31,226 nt of DNA from Dehalococcoidia bacterium (GCA_035293185.1 DATDOP010000014.1:1-31226); one strand, 5' to 3'. Counted from the stretch's first letter, positions 1-8,447 are shown. Numbers and translations are program-made. Notes: generated by a model not told the origin, from the sequence alone.

Positions 1-254
1 GCGGCCCAGACGTAGAGGCAGTCCTTCTCGCGCGCGGCGGTGATGATCGCCAGCTCTTTCTCCGGCGACTTGACGATGGAGTCGTAGCGGAAGTGGTTGC
101 CGAGCTTGAGGGCGTACTCGTCCAGCTGCGGGCTGAGCAGCAGGATGCTGTGCGGCCCGCGCAGCGCACCGAACACCTCGAGCACGCCCTCGACGACGTG
201 CTGGTACTCGGGCGCGACCTGCGATTTGTCAGAAACTGGTTGGACCCTGGGCAT
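1..254 (-). CDS. Carboxymuconolactone decarboxylase/AhpD-like protein, partial (runs off left edge)
   Basis: Not in the ORF track; manual translation from ATG at 254 gives MPRVQPVSDKSQVAPEYQHVVEGVLEVFGALRGPHSILLLSPQLDEYALKLGNHFRYDSIVKSPEKELAIITAAREKDCLYVWAA..., with the ELAIxTAARExxCxYxW pattern typical of CMD-family proteins; AGGAGG RBS at 269-264. Confidence 0.7.
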   Translation of the reverse strand, partial: MPRVQPVSDKSQVAPEYQHVVEGVLEVFGALRGPHSILLLSPQLDEYALKLGNHFRYDSIVKSPEKELAIITAAREKDCLYVWA

Positions 255-317
255 GGCACCTTACCTCCTCTGGCCGGGCTTGCATTCTACTGTCCCAAAC
301 AGAAGAGAGTAAGCGGA

Positions 318-3119
318 CTAAGGCGACGACTTGCCGGCCTTGGCTGCATCTCGTTCTGCCAGCTTCTTGTCGTAGTGAGAAGCCTCGGCAGCGATTTCGG
401 ACTTGTGACTCTTTTCCATGATCGCCGCTTCCACCGGATCCGCCGGCACCTTCTTGACACCCGAGAAGTCGATCGGGCGCCAGCGGCCGTCAGAACCGAC
501 GAGGCCCTGGGTATCACCGGTGGCGGCATAACCGAGTTTCCAAAGGGCGTCACCGTAGTTGCGCACGTCCTGGCCGGTTTGCGGTGAAAGCGCATCGATG
601 ACCGCATCGGTCTCAGCTTTCGCCTGGGCGAAGCCGGGTTCGCCCGGCTGCGCGTAGTTTTGCGTGAATCCGCCCTCGACCTTGCCCATGGCGAAGGCCC
701 AGTCTTTGTCCATGGGTACCACGCCGTAGAACTCCGGCCCGAAACCGGTCTCGGCGGCGGCCTTGGCCCCGGCGACCTCACGAGCGAAGAAGTCGGCGTC
801 GACGTTGCCGGTGTTGGGCTTGAGGATCTTGACCACTGCGTCGACTTCCTGGCCGTTGGGCAACTTGATGCGGGCTTCGAAGACGCCGTAGCGCTTGCGT
901 CCGGCGGTTGAGCCCTTGAAGCCGGACACGCCGATGGGCTTGGTGCGATCGATGGAGACGACCTCGGCGCTGTCGGAGACGACGCGGGAACGCGTTGCGG
1001 TACCGGCCGGCCCACCGCCGGCTTGTGTATCGACTGGGGCCGTCGTGGTCTCGCCGGTCTGAGCGTGCGCGTTATCGATGGCGGCCTTGCCGGCGGCGTC
1101 GGTGTCGCCTTTCGTGGTTCCCTCATCGGTGGTGGTCGTCTCGCCCGGCTTCGTGCCCTCGCCGGGAGTCCCCTCCTGCGTGGTCGTGGTCTCGCCGGGC
1201 TTCGTCCCTTCGCCTAGCTGTTTGAGGCCCGCAACGTCCTGTTCCGTGAGGTTGTTCCACTCTTTGCCTTTGAGGTTGGGAACGCCGGTCACGATATCGA
1301 CGGCACCGCCGACGATCACGCTCTGGACTGTGTTCTTGGCTACCTTGTCGATGAGGTCGTCCATGTCCTTGGGCCAATCGCCTTCGAGCATGCCGGTAAC
1401 CGTGATGTCGATAGGCGTCGTGAGAAGGCTGGAGCCGACGTCCGCGACGCGGGCAACCACGAACTGCCGCACTGCCTCGTTGGGGATGACAGTCGCCAGG
1501 CGCGGGCCCAGCAGGCTAGCGAACTTGCTACCCAGCGCACCACCGATCATCGAGCCGATGAACGTCATGGCGGCGTCTTTGCCGGTCTTGAACAGGATGG
1601 AGCCCGGATCGAACTTGCCCTGCGCCAGCTGCATCGCGGTCTCTTGCGTGAACGTACCGGTTGCCGCGCCGGCGGCAGACCCGGCGCTGATACCGATCAG
1701 GCCGTACGCCTTGCCCATGACGCCACCACCAACCGTGAGCACGATGTTGCAGCCGGCACGGACGTACTGGAGACCGGTGACAACGGTGCTTGCGCCCTGG
1801 TTGACGCGTTGACCATACGTGACGGTCTTGCGGTAGAACTCCTCGATCTCGTCGGCCACCATGGGCATCGCGACGAGAGCAGCCTCGTACTGGTCGAGGC
1901 CCACCGCGAGGTCAACCTTGAGCAGGTGGTTGTAGATCTTCAGGTAATCGTCGCTGGAGATCAGAACCCGCTTCACGCGATCGAGTTGGGCTTCGTCGAG
2001 GGAGCCGACGAACTCCATGATCTCCCACGGGTTCATGTCTTTGAAGGTCTTGCCCGGGGGCAGCAGCTTCTCGGCAGCCTTCAGGTCAATCTCGCTGCTG
2101 AAGAACTCAGAGACAGCGCTAACGCCGGGAAACTCAGCCTTGCGCTCGCGTTCGAATTCCCACTCGGACTCGGCCTTTTGCCAGATCTCCTGGAGTTTCT
2201 TGAGGTATTCTTTCGCGGCCCGCGCCATGGGGCTATTCATGACGCGGCTGTAGTAGTCGGTGATCGCTCCGGGGATGCTCAGCATCTTGTCCCAGGTGAT
2301 CAGGCCGCCTTCGGTGGGCAGGGCGACGCCGTTCCAGAACGGACCCTTGAAGCCCTCTTCGATGGGGAAGTCGCCGAGCAGGGTGAGGGTGGTTGGCTTC
2401 GATGCCAGACCGACAACCCAGCTCTTACGAAAGTCCTCCTCAGCCGTAATGTTCCATTCCTGGGGGGCGAGGATGGCGCGGTCGATCAACTTCGTGGTGT
2501 CGAGTTCGATGCGCGTGACAGCGGGCGCGTCTTCTGCCTTGTTCTGCAACCGCTCGAGCTTGTCCTGGTATTCGCCGGTGAAACGGTAGGAATTTGAACC
2601 GGGGGGTGCCCAGCCCTCGCGCTCTTGCTTCTCACGCTCTCGCTTGTCGAAATCCTGGATCTCCTGGTTGAGGTTCTGACGGCGCATGCGCCAGGTGATG
2701 GCGTCCTGTATGTCCTTGTAATGCTCAGGCAGCATCGCGGCCGCGAGGTGCGGGAACCGTGAGGCAACGATGTCCTCAGCGCGAGGTACCGCAGGTGCAG
2801 TCGTGCTCGCTGGACCCGGCGCGCGCTGGATCGAGGCGGCCGGCTCACGCTGGATTGCGCCGCCTCTGGGCAGGCTGCGCATCAGGGAGAGGCGCGAGAG
2901 GCCCGGCGCACCGGCTGCGCCCGCCAGCAGGGGCGCGTCGTCTGCTTCACGCCGGTTGCCGACCAACCTGGCGAACGCCGCGTTGCCGAGGCCGCTCTGC
3001 AGCTTACCGACGAAGTCCCGTTCGGCTTCGGGCTCCGGTTCGGGGTCGCGGCCGGCGGCCAGCGAATCGTGGTCCGCTGCGGCTTCGATTTCGTGGAGTT
3101 TGCGGCGACGGCGCTTCAT
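318..3119 (-). CDS. Large modular toxin/effector-like protein (933 aa) with C-terminal protein-kinase-like domain
   Basis: Long ORF; probable start ATG 3119 (MKRRRRK) rather than 3158. N-terminal LQSGLGNAAFARLV and two IQR motifs, charged helical region, Gly/Ala-rich hydrophobic segments, T/E/G/P linker, then kinase-like motifs (VVKIL, FAREV, GFGPEFYG, AMGKVEG, GDTQG, IDFS). ORF reality is well supported; function is inferred. Confidence 0.75.
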   Translation of the reverse strand: MKRRRRKLHEIEAAADHDSLAAGRDPEPEPEAERDFVGKLQSGLGNAAFARLVGNRREADDAPLLAGAAGAPGLSRLSLMRSLPRGGAIQREPAASIQRAPGPASTTAPAVPRAEDIVASRFPHLAAAMLPEHYKDIQDAITWRMRRQNLNQEIQDFDKREREKQEREGWAPPGSNSYRFTGEYQDKLERLQNKAEDAPAVTRIELDTTKLIDRAILAPQEWNITAEEDFRKSWVVGLASKPTTLTLLGDFPIEEGFKGPFWNGVALPTEGGLITWDKMLSIPGAITDYYSRVMNSPMARAAKEYLKKLQEIWQKAESEWEFERERKAEFPGVSAVSEFFSSEIDLKAAEKLLPPGKTFKDMNPWEIMEFVGSLDEAQLDRVKRVLISSDDYLKIYNHLLKVDLAVGLDQYEAALVAMPMVADEIEEFYRKTVTYGQRVNQGASTVVTGLQYVRAGCNIVLTVGGGVMGKAYGLIGISAGSAAGAATGTFTQETAMQLAQGKFDPGSILFKTGKDAAMTFIGSMIGGALGSKFASLLGPRLATVIPNEAVRQFVVARVADVGSSLLTTPIDITVTGMLEGDWPKDMDDLIDKVAKNTVQSVIVGGAVDIVTGVPNLKGKEWNNLTEQDVAGLKQLGEGTKPGETTTTQEGTPGEGTKPGETTTTDEGTTKGDTDAAGKAAIDNAHAQTGETTTAPVDTQAGGGPAGTATRSRVVSDSAEVVSIDRTKPIGVSGFKGSTAGRKRYGVFEARIKLPNGQEVDAVVKILKPNTGNVDADFFAREVAGAKAAAETGFGPEFYGVVPMDKDWAFAMGKVEGGFTQNYAQPGEPGFAQAKAETDAVIDALSPQTGQDVRNYGDALWKLGYAATGDTQGLVGSDGRWRPIDFSGVKKVPADPVEAAIMEKSHKSEIAAEASHYDKKLAERDAAKAGKSSP
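1120..1214. repeat. Two imperfect copies of a 51-bp unit (17-aa period, GEGTKPGETTTT[Q/D]EGT) in the linker of the large protein
   Basis: Copies start at 1120 and 1171 (ccctcatcggtggtggtcgtctcgcccggcttcgtgccctcgcc vs ccctcctgcgtggtcgtggtctcgccgggcttcgtcccttcgcc); differences are mostly synonymous. Confidence 0.85.
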
Positions 3120-3172
3120 GCGGCAGGCAACCTTCACTCGCGGCGAGACACACCACAAGGCCGCCGCGGCGG

Positions 3173-3191
3173 TCTTGAGACTGGCTCAAGA
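3173..3191. promoter_or_regulatory. Perfect dyad TCTTGAG-N5-CTCAAGA, candidate operator upstream of the large effector-like gene
   Basis: Seen directly; overlaps a TACTCT -10-like hexamer on the minus strand; no U-tract follows, so it is less like an intrinsic terminator. Confidence 0.35.
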
Positions 3192-3246
3192 GTAGCGGCG
3201 AAGGATTTACGCGCGGTTGAAGATTCCTTGAACCTTTTGCGAACTA

Positions 3247-4218
3247 TTACGAGTGGACCGGCTGGCCGGCGACCTTCATGCGGATGCGATAAACAGACGT
3301 GACGGCGGTGGCGTAAAGCGTGCGCCAGTCGTCGTCGCCCCAGGCGAGGTTGGAGGGGCCGCCGAGGCCTTCACCAAAGACGGCGGGCTCTTCTGCGAAT
3401 CCGATGCAGCCCAGCGGCTTGCCCGACGGATCGAAGACCCAGATGCCCTCGTTGCGGTTGCCCGCGACGTAGAGGTTGCCCAGCGAGTCCATCTTCATGC
3501 CGTCCGGCGCCCGCGTCGCGTTCTGGGCGAGGACGTAGTCGGCGAAGTCCTGGCGCAGGCCGTCGGCCTTGACTTCGCAGAAGACGCGGCCGTTGCTCAC
3601 GCTGCCATCCGCCGCCACGTCGAAGACCTTGACGTGCGCCTGGCGCGTGTCATCGACGTACAACCGCGTGCCATCGTCAGAGATCACGAGGCCGTTGGGG
3701 AATTCAACCTCGGCCGTGAGCTGCCGGAGCGAGCCGTCGCCGGCGGATACACGATAGACGGCGGGCACGGGCGGCGGGCTCGGCGCCTCGCCACGGGGCG
3801 AGAAGAAGGGGTCGGTGAAGATGATGTCGCCGTTGGGCGCGCAGATCACGTCGTTCGGCGAGTTGAGGGGACGGCCGTTGTAGGAGTCTGCCAGCGTCTC
3901 GAGGCTGCCGTCCGCGTTGGTGCGCACCACCTTGTGGCCAGACCCGACGCAAGTGATCAGGCGGCCCTGCAGGTCGAAGGTGCTGCCGTTGCTGTTTTCG
4001 CTGGGGCTGCGGAACGGCCTGGCGCCGTCTGCCTGGGTCCAGCGATGGATCGTGCCTCCCGCCGGGTTGGCAAACTCGATATCGACGAACAGGAGGCTGC
4101 GGTCGCGGTGGCTCCAGACCGGCCCTTCCGTGAACTTGAAGCCGGTGGCGATCTTCTCCGCCTGCGCGTTGAGGTCGATCAGCTCTGCGAGTTTAGGGTC
4201 CAGCGCGACAACCGCCAT
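3247..4218 (-). CDS. SMP-30/gluconolactonase/LRE family beta-propeller protein
   Basis: FTEGPVW, NSPNDV, FPNGL, APDGMKMDSLGNLYVA and GPSNLAWG motifs. Confidence 0.93.
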   Translation of the reverse strand: MAVVALDPKLAELIDLNAQAEKIATGFKFTEGPVWSHRDRSLLFVDIEFANPAGGTIHRWTQADGARPFRSPSENSNGSTFDLQGRLITCVGSGHKVVRTNADGSLETLADSYNGRPLNSPNDVICAPNGDIIFTDPFFSPRGEAPSPPPVPAVYRVSAGDGSLRQLTAEVEFPNGLVISDDGTRLYVDDTRQAHVKVFDVAADGSVSNGRVFCEVKADGLRQDFADYVLAQNATRAPDGMKMDSLGNLYVAGNRNEGIWVFDPSGKPLGCIGFAEEPAVFGEGLGGPSNLAWGDDDWRTLYATAVTSVYRIRMKVAGQPVHS

Positions 4219-4331
4219 GGTGCAACCTTTCGATCTGTATCAGCCCGCCGATTCGCCTGCCAGCTTAGACGACGCCACTCCTCGCCGTCACGTCTATAGT
4301 GTGCGCGGACGAATCTGGCTCGGAGACGGCG

Positions 4332-5918
4332 ATGGCGGGACGCTACCAGGTGATCATCGTGGGCGGAGGGCCGGTGGGCATGGCGCTCGCCGTGGAGCTC
4401 GGCCTGCGCGGCGTCGCCTGTGTGTTGGTCGAACGGCACCTGACGCCGCAGCGCATCCCCAAGGGCCAGGGCCTGACCCAACGCACCATGGAGCACTTCT
4501 ACTTCTGGGGCATCGACCAGGAGCTACGCGCCGCCCGCCTGCTGCCTCCCGGCTACCCGATCGGCGGTGTGACGGCTTACGGCGACCTGATGAGCGAGTA
4601 CTCGTACGCGCCGGCGGGCCGCGAGCTGGTGCGGTCGTACTACTTCCAGGACAACGAGCGTTTGCCGCAATACCTGACCGAGGAGGTCCTGCGACGCCGG
4701 GTGACGGACTTCCCTCACGTCGATTGCCTGTTCGGCTGGTCTGCCGAGACGCTGGAGCAGGACGATAACGGCGCGCGGGTGACGATCGCTGAAACGACCG
4801 GCGGCGCGACTCAGGTGCTCGAGGCCGACTACGTCGTCGCCTGTGACGGAGCGCGATCGACCATTAGGGAGCAGCTGGGGATCGACCGGGGCGGCGCCGA
4901 CTTCGACCAGCGCATGGTGCTGGCGGTGTTCAACTCCCGGGAGCTGCACGAGGGCCTGAAGCGCTTCCCGGAGCGGACGACGTATCGCGTCTTGCATCCC
5001 GACTTGAAAGGCTACTGGCGCTTCTTCGGCCGCGTCGACGTCGGCAACGGCTGGTTTTTCCACGCGCCCGTGCCGCCGGACACGACGCCGGACAACTACG
5101 ACTTTCACGGCCTGATCCAGCTCGCCGCCGGGTTCTCTTTCCCCGTCGAGTTCGAGCACGTGGGCTTTTGGGACCTGCGCATTGCCGTGGCCGGCGAGTA
5201 CCGGCGCGGGCGGGTGTTCATCGCCGGGGACGCCGCACACAGCCACCCGCCCTACGGCGGCTTCGGGCTGAACTCGGGGCTGGAAGACGTGGCGAACCTG
5301 GGCTGGAAGCTGGCGGCGGTGCTGGACGGTTGGGCCGGGGATCGCCTGCTCGACACGTACGGCGAGGAACGGCGGCCGATTTTCGTCGAGACCGGCGAGG
5401 CGATGATCGCCGGCGGCATCGAGGCCGACCGCGAGTTCCTGGAGCGCTACAGCCCGGAACGCGACCGCGACGAGTTCGTGCGCGCCTGGAAGGAGCTGGA
5501 AACCGGCTCCGGTTCGCGGCAGCAGTCCTACGAGCCGCACTACGAGGGCTCGTCGGTCGTCATGGGACCGCCGGGCGCTGCCTGCGGCATCCACGGCAAG
5601 CACTCGTTTGCGGCGCGCGCGGGGCATCACCTGACGCCGCAGCGCCTGTCTTCAGGGCGCGACGTCTTCGAGGAGTTGGGGCAGGCCTATACGCTGCTCG
5701 CGTTCGGAGCGGACGCCGCGGACGTCGCGCGTTTTGAACACGCGGCGTCATCTCTGCGCCTGCCGTTGAAGGTGATCCGCGATACGTTTGACGCGGAGCG
5801 CAAGGCCTACGAATCGCAGTTGGTCCTGGTGCGTCCCGACCAGTACGTGGTTTGGGCGGGGGATCGGCCGCCTGCCGACGTAGCAGAAATGCTCCGTAGA
5901 GTGGTGGGAGCGGCGTGA
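4332..5918 (+). CDS. FAD-dependent monooxygenase (PheA/TfdB/aromatic hydroxylase-like)
   Basis: VIIVGGGPVG, ADYVVACDGARS, RVFIAGDAAHSHPPYGGFGLNSGLEDVANLGWKLA, C-terminal LVRPDQYVVW; start set at ATG 4332 (GGAG upstream) rather than GTG 4299. Confidence 0.92.
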   Translation: MAGRYQVIIVGGGPVGMALAVELGLRGVACVLVERHLTPQRIPKGQGLTQRTMEHFYFWGIDQELRAARLLPPGYPIGGVTAYGDLMSEYSYAPAGRELVRSYYFQDNERLPQYLTEEVLRRRVTDFPHVDCLFGWSAETLEQDDNGARVTIAETTGGATQVLEADYVVACDGARSTIREQLGIDRGGADFDQRMVLAVFNSRELHEGLKRFPERTTYRVLHPDLKGYWRFFGRVDVGNGWFFHAPVPPDTTPDNYDFHGLIQLAAGFSFPVEFEHVGFWDLRIAVAGEYRRGRVFIAGDAAHSHPPYGGFGLNSGLEDVANLGWKLAAVLDGWAGDRLLDTYGEERRPIFVETGEAMIAGGIEADREFLERYSPERDRDEFVRAWKELETGSGSRQQSYEPHYEGSSVVMGPPGAACGIHGKHSFAARAGHHLTPQRLSSGRDVFEELGQAYTLLAFGADAADVARFEHAASSLRLPLKVIRDTFDAERKAYESQLVLVRPDQYVVWAGDRPPADVAEMLRRVVGAA

Positions 5919-5925
5919 GCGGCCG

Positions 5926-5934
5926 TGCTATAGT
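5926..5934 (+). promoter_or_regulatory. Extended -10 element (TGcTATAGT) for the dienelactone hydrolase gene
   Basis: Matches TGnTAnnnT, 38 bp upstream of ATG 5973, followed by an AGGAGG RBS. Confidence 0.45.
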
Positions 5935-5972
5935 CCGCGTCGCGGCGCGCTGACTCAGGAGGACGACGGACC

Positions 5973-6722
5973 ATGGCTAACGGCGGAATGCAGACCGAGC
6001 ACATCACGATCCGCGGCAACGGCGGCGACGAGATCGACGCGTATTTTGCCCAGCCGGAGGGTGCAGGGCCGTTCCCCGGTGTCGTGGTGATCCAGCATAT
6101 CTTCGGCGTGGACGAGTGGATCATGGAGGTCTGCCGCCGGCTGGCGCACCACGGATACATGGCGCTGGCCCCGAACCTCTACGCGCGCATCGGCAGCCTG
6201 GGCTCCGGCCCCGTGGAGGACCTGGCGGCGCGCCTGCGCTCGAAGGGCGGCCTGAACGACGACGTGGTGACGGGCGACCTGCAGGCTGCGGCGGATACGC
6301 TGCGTGCGCGCCCTGGGGCGAGCGGCAAGGTCGGGACGATTGGCTTCTGCATGGGTGGACGGTTCGCCTACATGGCGGCCTGCCGGGTCTCCGGCCTCGA
6401 CGCGGCGGTCGACTGCTGGGGTGGCGGCGTGGCGCCGGACCCGGCGCAGCCCGGCAACCCGCCCGGCACGCCGCCGATTGACCTCACCGCCGGCATGAAG
6501 GCGCCGCTGCTGGGTATCTTCGGTAACGACGACACGCGCCCCGACCGCTCGGAGGTCGACCGTACGGAAGCGAAGCTCAAGAGCCTCGGCAAGCGTTACG
6601 AGTTCCACCGCTACGACGGCGCCGGACACGGGTTCTTCAACTGGGCCAACATCGCCTACCGTCAGCAGCAGGCAACGGATGGCTGGGAGAAGGTCTGGGG
6701 CTTCTTCAACGCGAACCTGTAA
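5973..6722 (+). CDS. Dienelactone hydrolase family protein
   Basis: VVVIQHIFGV, GTIGFCMGG (Cys nucleophile), LLGIFGNDD, YDGAGHGFF. Confidence 0.92.
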   Translation: MANGGMQTEHITIRGNGGDEIDAYFAQPEGAGPFPGVVVIQHIFGVDEWIMEVCRRLAHHGYMALAPNLYARIGSLGSGPVEDLAARLRSKGGLNDDVVTGDLQAAADTLRARPGASGKVGTIGFCMGGRFAYMAACRVSGLDAAVDCWGGGVAPDPAQPGNPPGTPPIDLTAGMKAPLLGIFGNDDTRPDRSEVDRTEAKLKSLGKRYEFHRYDGAGHGFFNWANIAYRQQQATDGWEKVWGFFNANL

Positions 6723-6725
6723 CCC

Positions 6726-7409
6726 TCAGTCGCCGCTGGCTCCGCCTTCGAGGCTACGCAGGAAGGCGAGGAGGCTCTCGCACGCCTCCTGCCAGACATC
6801 TTCCCGAGTCCGGCCGGTCGCTTTCGCGACGTTGAAGCCGTGGTCGGCGCCCTCCAGGAAACGCAACGACGCCTTGCTCAGCTGCGATGCGGCGGCGCGC
6901 AGCTCATCGGGAGCTGCGAAAGCATCCCTGGTGCCCGAGCAGAACAGAGTGGGGACAGCAACCGAGCCGAGGTGCGCGTCCCGGGTGCGCTCCGGCCTGC
7001 CGGGCGGGTGCAGTGGATAGGCGAAAAGCGCGAGGCCCGCGACCTCCACGTCCTGCGCGACGACCTGCGAGGCGATCCGGCCACCCATCGAGCGTCCGCC
7101 GGCCACCAACCGCGGTGACATTTCGCGCGCCGCCTCGATGACGGCCCGCCACGTGGCCTCGAGGACCGGGTTGCGGTCGGGCATCGGCCGGCCCGCCTCG
7201 GTGTACGGGAACTGGAAACGCAGCAGCCCGTAGCCCGCCTCGGCCAGCCGCCCGGCGAGGAACACGCCGAAAGGGTCGCGCAGGCTCGAACCGGCGCCGG
7301 GCGCGTAGACCACCAGTACGCGGTGGCCTGGAGCCGCCGGGTTAGTCAAGAGAGCGGAAACCCGGCCCGACCCGGGGATTTCGACGGCGAGCGTCTGGTC
7401 CGGCATCAC
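6726..7409 (-). CDS. Alpha/beta hydrolase (KANL3/Tex30-like family)
   Basis: YAPGAGSS, GGRSMGGR, LFAYPLHPPG, SGTRDAF, GADHGF. Confidence 0.85.
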   Translation of the reverse strand: MMPDQTLAVEIPGSGRVSALLTNPAAPGHRVLVVYAPGAGSSLRDPFGVFLAGRLAEAGYGLLRFQFPYTEAGRPMPDRNPVLEATWRAVIEAAREMSPRLVAGGRSMGGRIASQVVAQDVEVAGLALFAYPLHPPGRPERTRDAHLGSVAVPTLFCSGTRDAFAAPDELRAAASQLSKASLRFLEGADHGFNVAKATGRTREDVWQEACESLLAFLRSLEGGASGD

Positions 7410-7464
7410 GCTGAGCGTAGCGCAGGACGGCGGTCATGCCCCAGCCCGGGACGCTTCGTTGCGG

Positions 7465-8283
7465 TCAGGCAGGTATCTCGAGGATCATCCCGACGTGGAT
7501 CTTGGTGGGATCGTCGCCGATCTTGGCACGGTTGGCCGCGTAGATCTGCGGCCAGCGGGCGCCATCCTGGTAGTAGAGCACAGCGATGCGGAACAGGTTG
7601 TCGCCGCCTGCCACCTCGTGTTGACGCGCACCCGGCGTTGCCGGTGCCGCTGTGGGCGCTGGCGTCGCGGGCTGGGCAACCGCGCTCGCGGGCGTCCCGG
7701 CCATCTCCGCCAGCACGCGCTGGATGAATGCCGGAGCATCGAACTTGCCGCCCGCCGCGAGGTCGCTGCCGGGGTCAGTCTTGCCGAGGCGGCGGCCGTT
7801 GTCCGTGTTTTCGTGGCCGGTGATGCCGGTTGGGACGGCGCCCGCCTGGTTGACACGATCGAGCCAGACCGGAGGGATGCTGTACTTGCTGCAAAGCAGC
7901 GCTACCTCTTTCGCCGCGCGCGCCAGGGTCGCCTCGGCGAAGTCCTCGGTGAAGTTGCGCTGAGCCAGCTCGAAGCTGATGGCGTACCAGTCGACCGACC
8001 AGTGGCTGCCCTCGAATCCGAAGCCGGCGGAGTAGGTGGGAGACATGTCGTCCGGCCAGGAGACGCACATCTGGCCTTCGTGGCTGATGATGCGGTTGGT
8101 CGCGCCACCCCAGCCTCCCTGGTTGTTGTTGGGGCTGAGCAGCCAGTTCTTGGTTGCCATGTACTGGCGGTCCTGCGTCGTATCGCCGCGCGTTGCATGA
8201 ATGACGATGAGCTGGATGGGATGGGCACGGGGGACGGCGAGCCAGGGCTGAGGGTTGATCGTCTCGTCGGGAAGGGTGGTCAT
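7465..8283 (-). CDS. N-acetylmuramoyl-L-alanine amidase (Amidase_2-like) with C-terminal LysM domain
   Basis: IVIHAT, ISFELAQ, TGHE and KTDPG zinc-amidase motifs; Pro/Ala/Thr linker; HEVAGGDNLFRIAVLYYQDGARWPQIYAANR...IHVGMILEIP LysM; no signal peptide visible. Confidence 0.85.
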   Translation of the reverse strand: MTTLPDETINPQPWLAVPRAHPIQLIVIHATRGDTTQDRQYMATKNWLLSPNNNQGGWGGATNRIISHEGQMCVSWPDDMSPTYSAGFGFEGSHWSVDWYAISFELAQRNFTEDFAEATLARAAKEVALLCSKYSIPPVWLDRVNQAGAVPTGITGHENTDNGRRLGKTDPGSDLAAGGKFDAPAFIQRVLAEMAGTPASAVAQPATPAPTAAPATPGARQHEVAGGDNLFRIAVLYYQDGARWPQIYAANRAKIGDDPTKIHVGMILEIPA

Positions 8284-8322
8284 CGCGCACCTCCAGGCAG
8301 GTCAAGAGATAGACGGTAGGCG

Positions 8323-8351
8323 ATTCTGTCGCACGCGCAGAGGCCTGTCAA
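8323..8351 (-). promoter_or_regulatory. Sigma70-type promoter for the amidase-LysM gene
   Basis: TTGACA-N17-CAGAAT on the minus strand, about 40 bp upstream of the ATG at 8283, with GGAGG RBS. Confidence 0.55.
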
Positions 8352-8387
8352 TCCCGCTGCCGGGCAGAGCCGCGCGTACGCGATTCG

Positions 8388-8417
8388 TTGACGGCCCGGC
8401 GTTGGCGGGTGGATCAT
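8388..8417 (+). promoter_or_regulatory. Possible sigma70-type promoter for the hydrolase-MFS-lactonase operon
   Basis: TTGACG-N18-GATCAT; AAGGAG RBS before ATG 8448. Confidence 0.35.
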
Positions 8418-8447
8418 CCGCGCGGTCAGTAGCGAAGGAGAGACGAC

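Noticed and set aside
287-1126. 279-aa minus-strand ORF and several plus-strand ORFs overlapping the large protein
   Set aside because: Alternative-frame or antisense shadows with Arg/Pro/Ser-rich composition typical of high-GC DNA; the 933-aa frame carries the coherent motifs.
3253-4299. 348-aa plus-strand ORF, and similar long antisense ORFs (4524-5630, 8280-9281, 10748-11497, 24452-25216, 27942-28805)
   Set aside because: Antisense mirrors of genes with clear family motifs; no independent motifs or RBS support.
6722-6726. Intrinsic terminators at the convergent junctions 6722/6726, 11584/11611 and 29471/29474
   Set aside because: The genes abut or overlap and no hairpin plus U-tract is visible.
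318-8283. An eCIS or prophage locus suggested by the effector-like gene and the LysM amidase
   Set aside because: No sheath, tube, baseplate, spike, terminase, holin or integrase genes are in the window; only cargo-like features are claimed.
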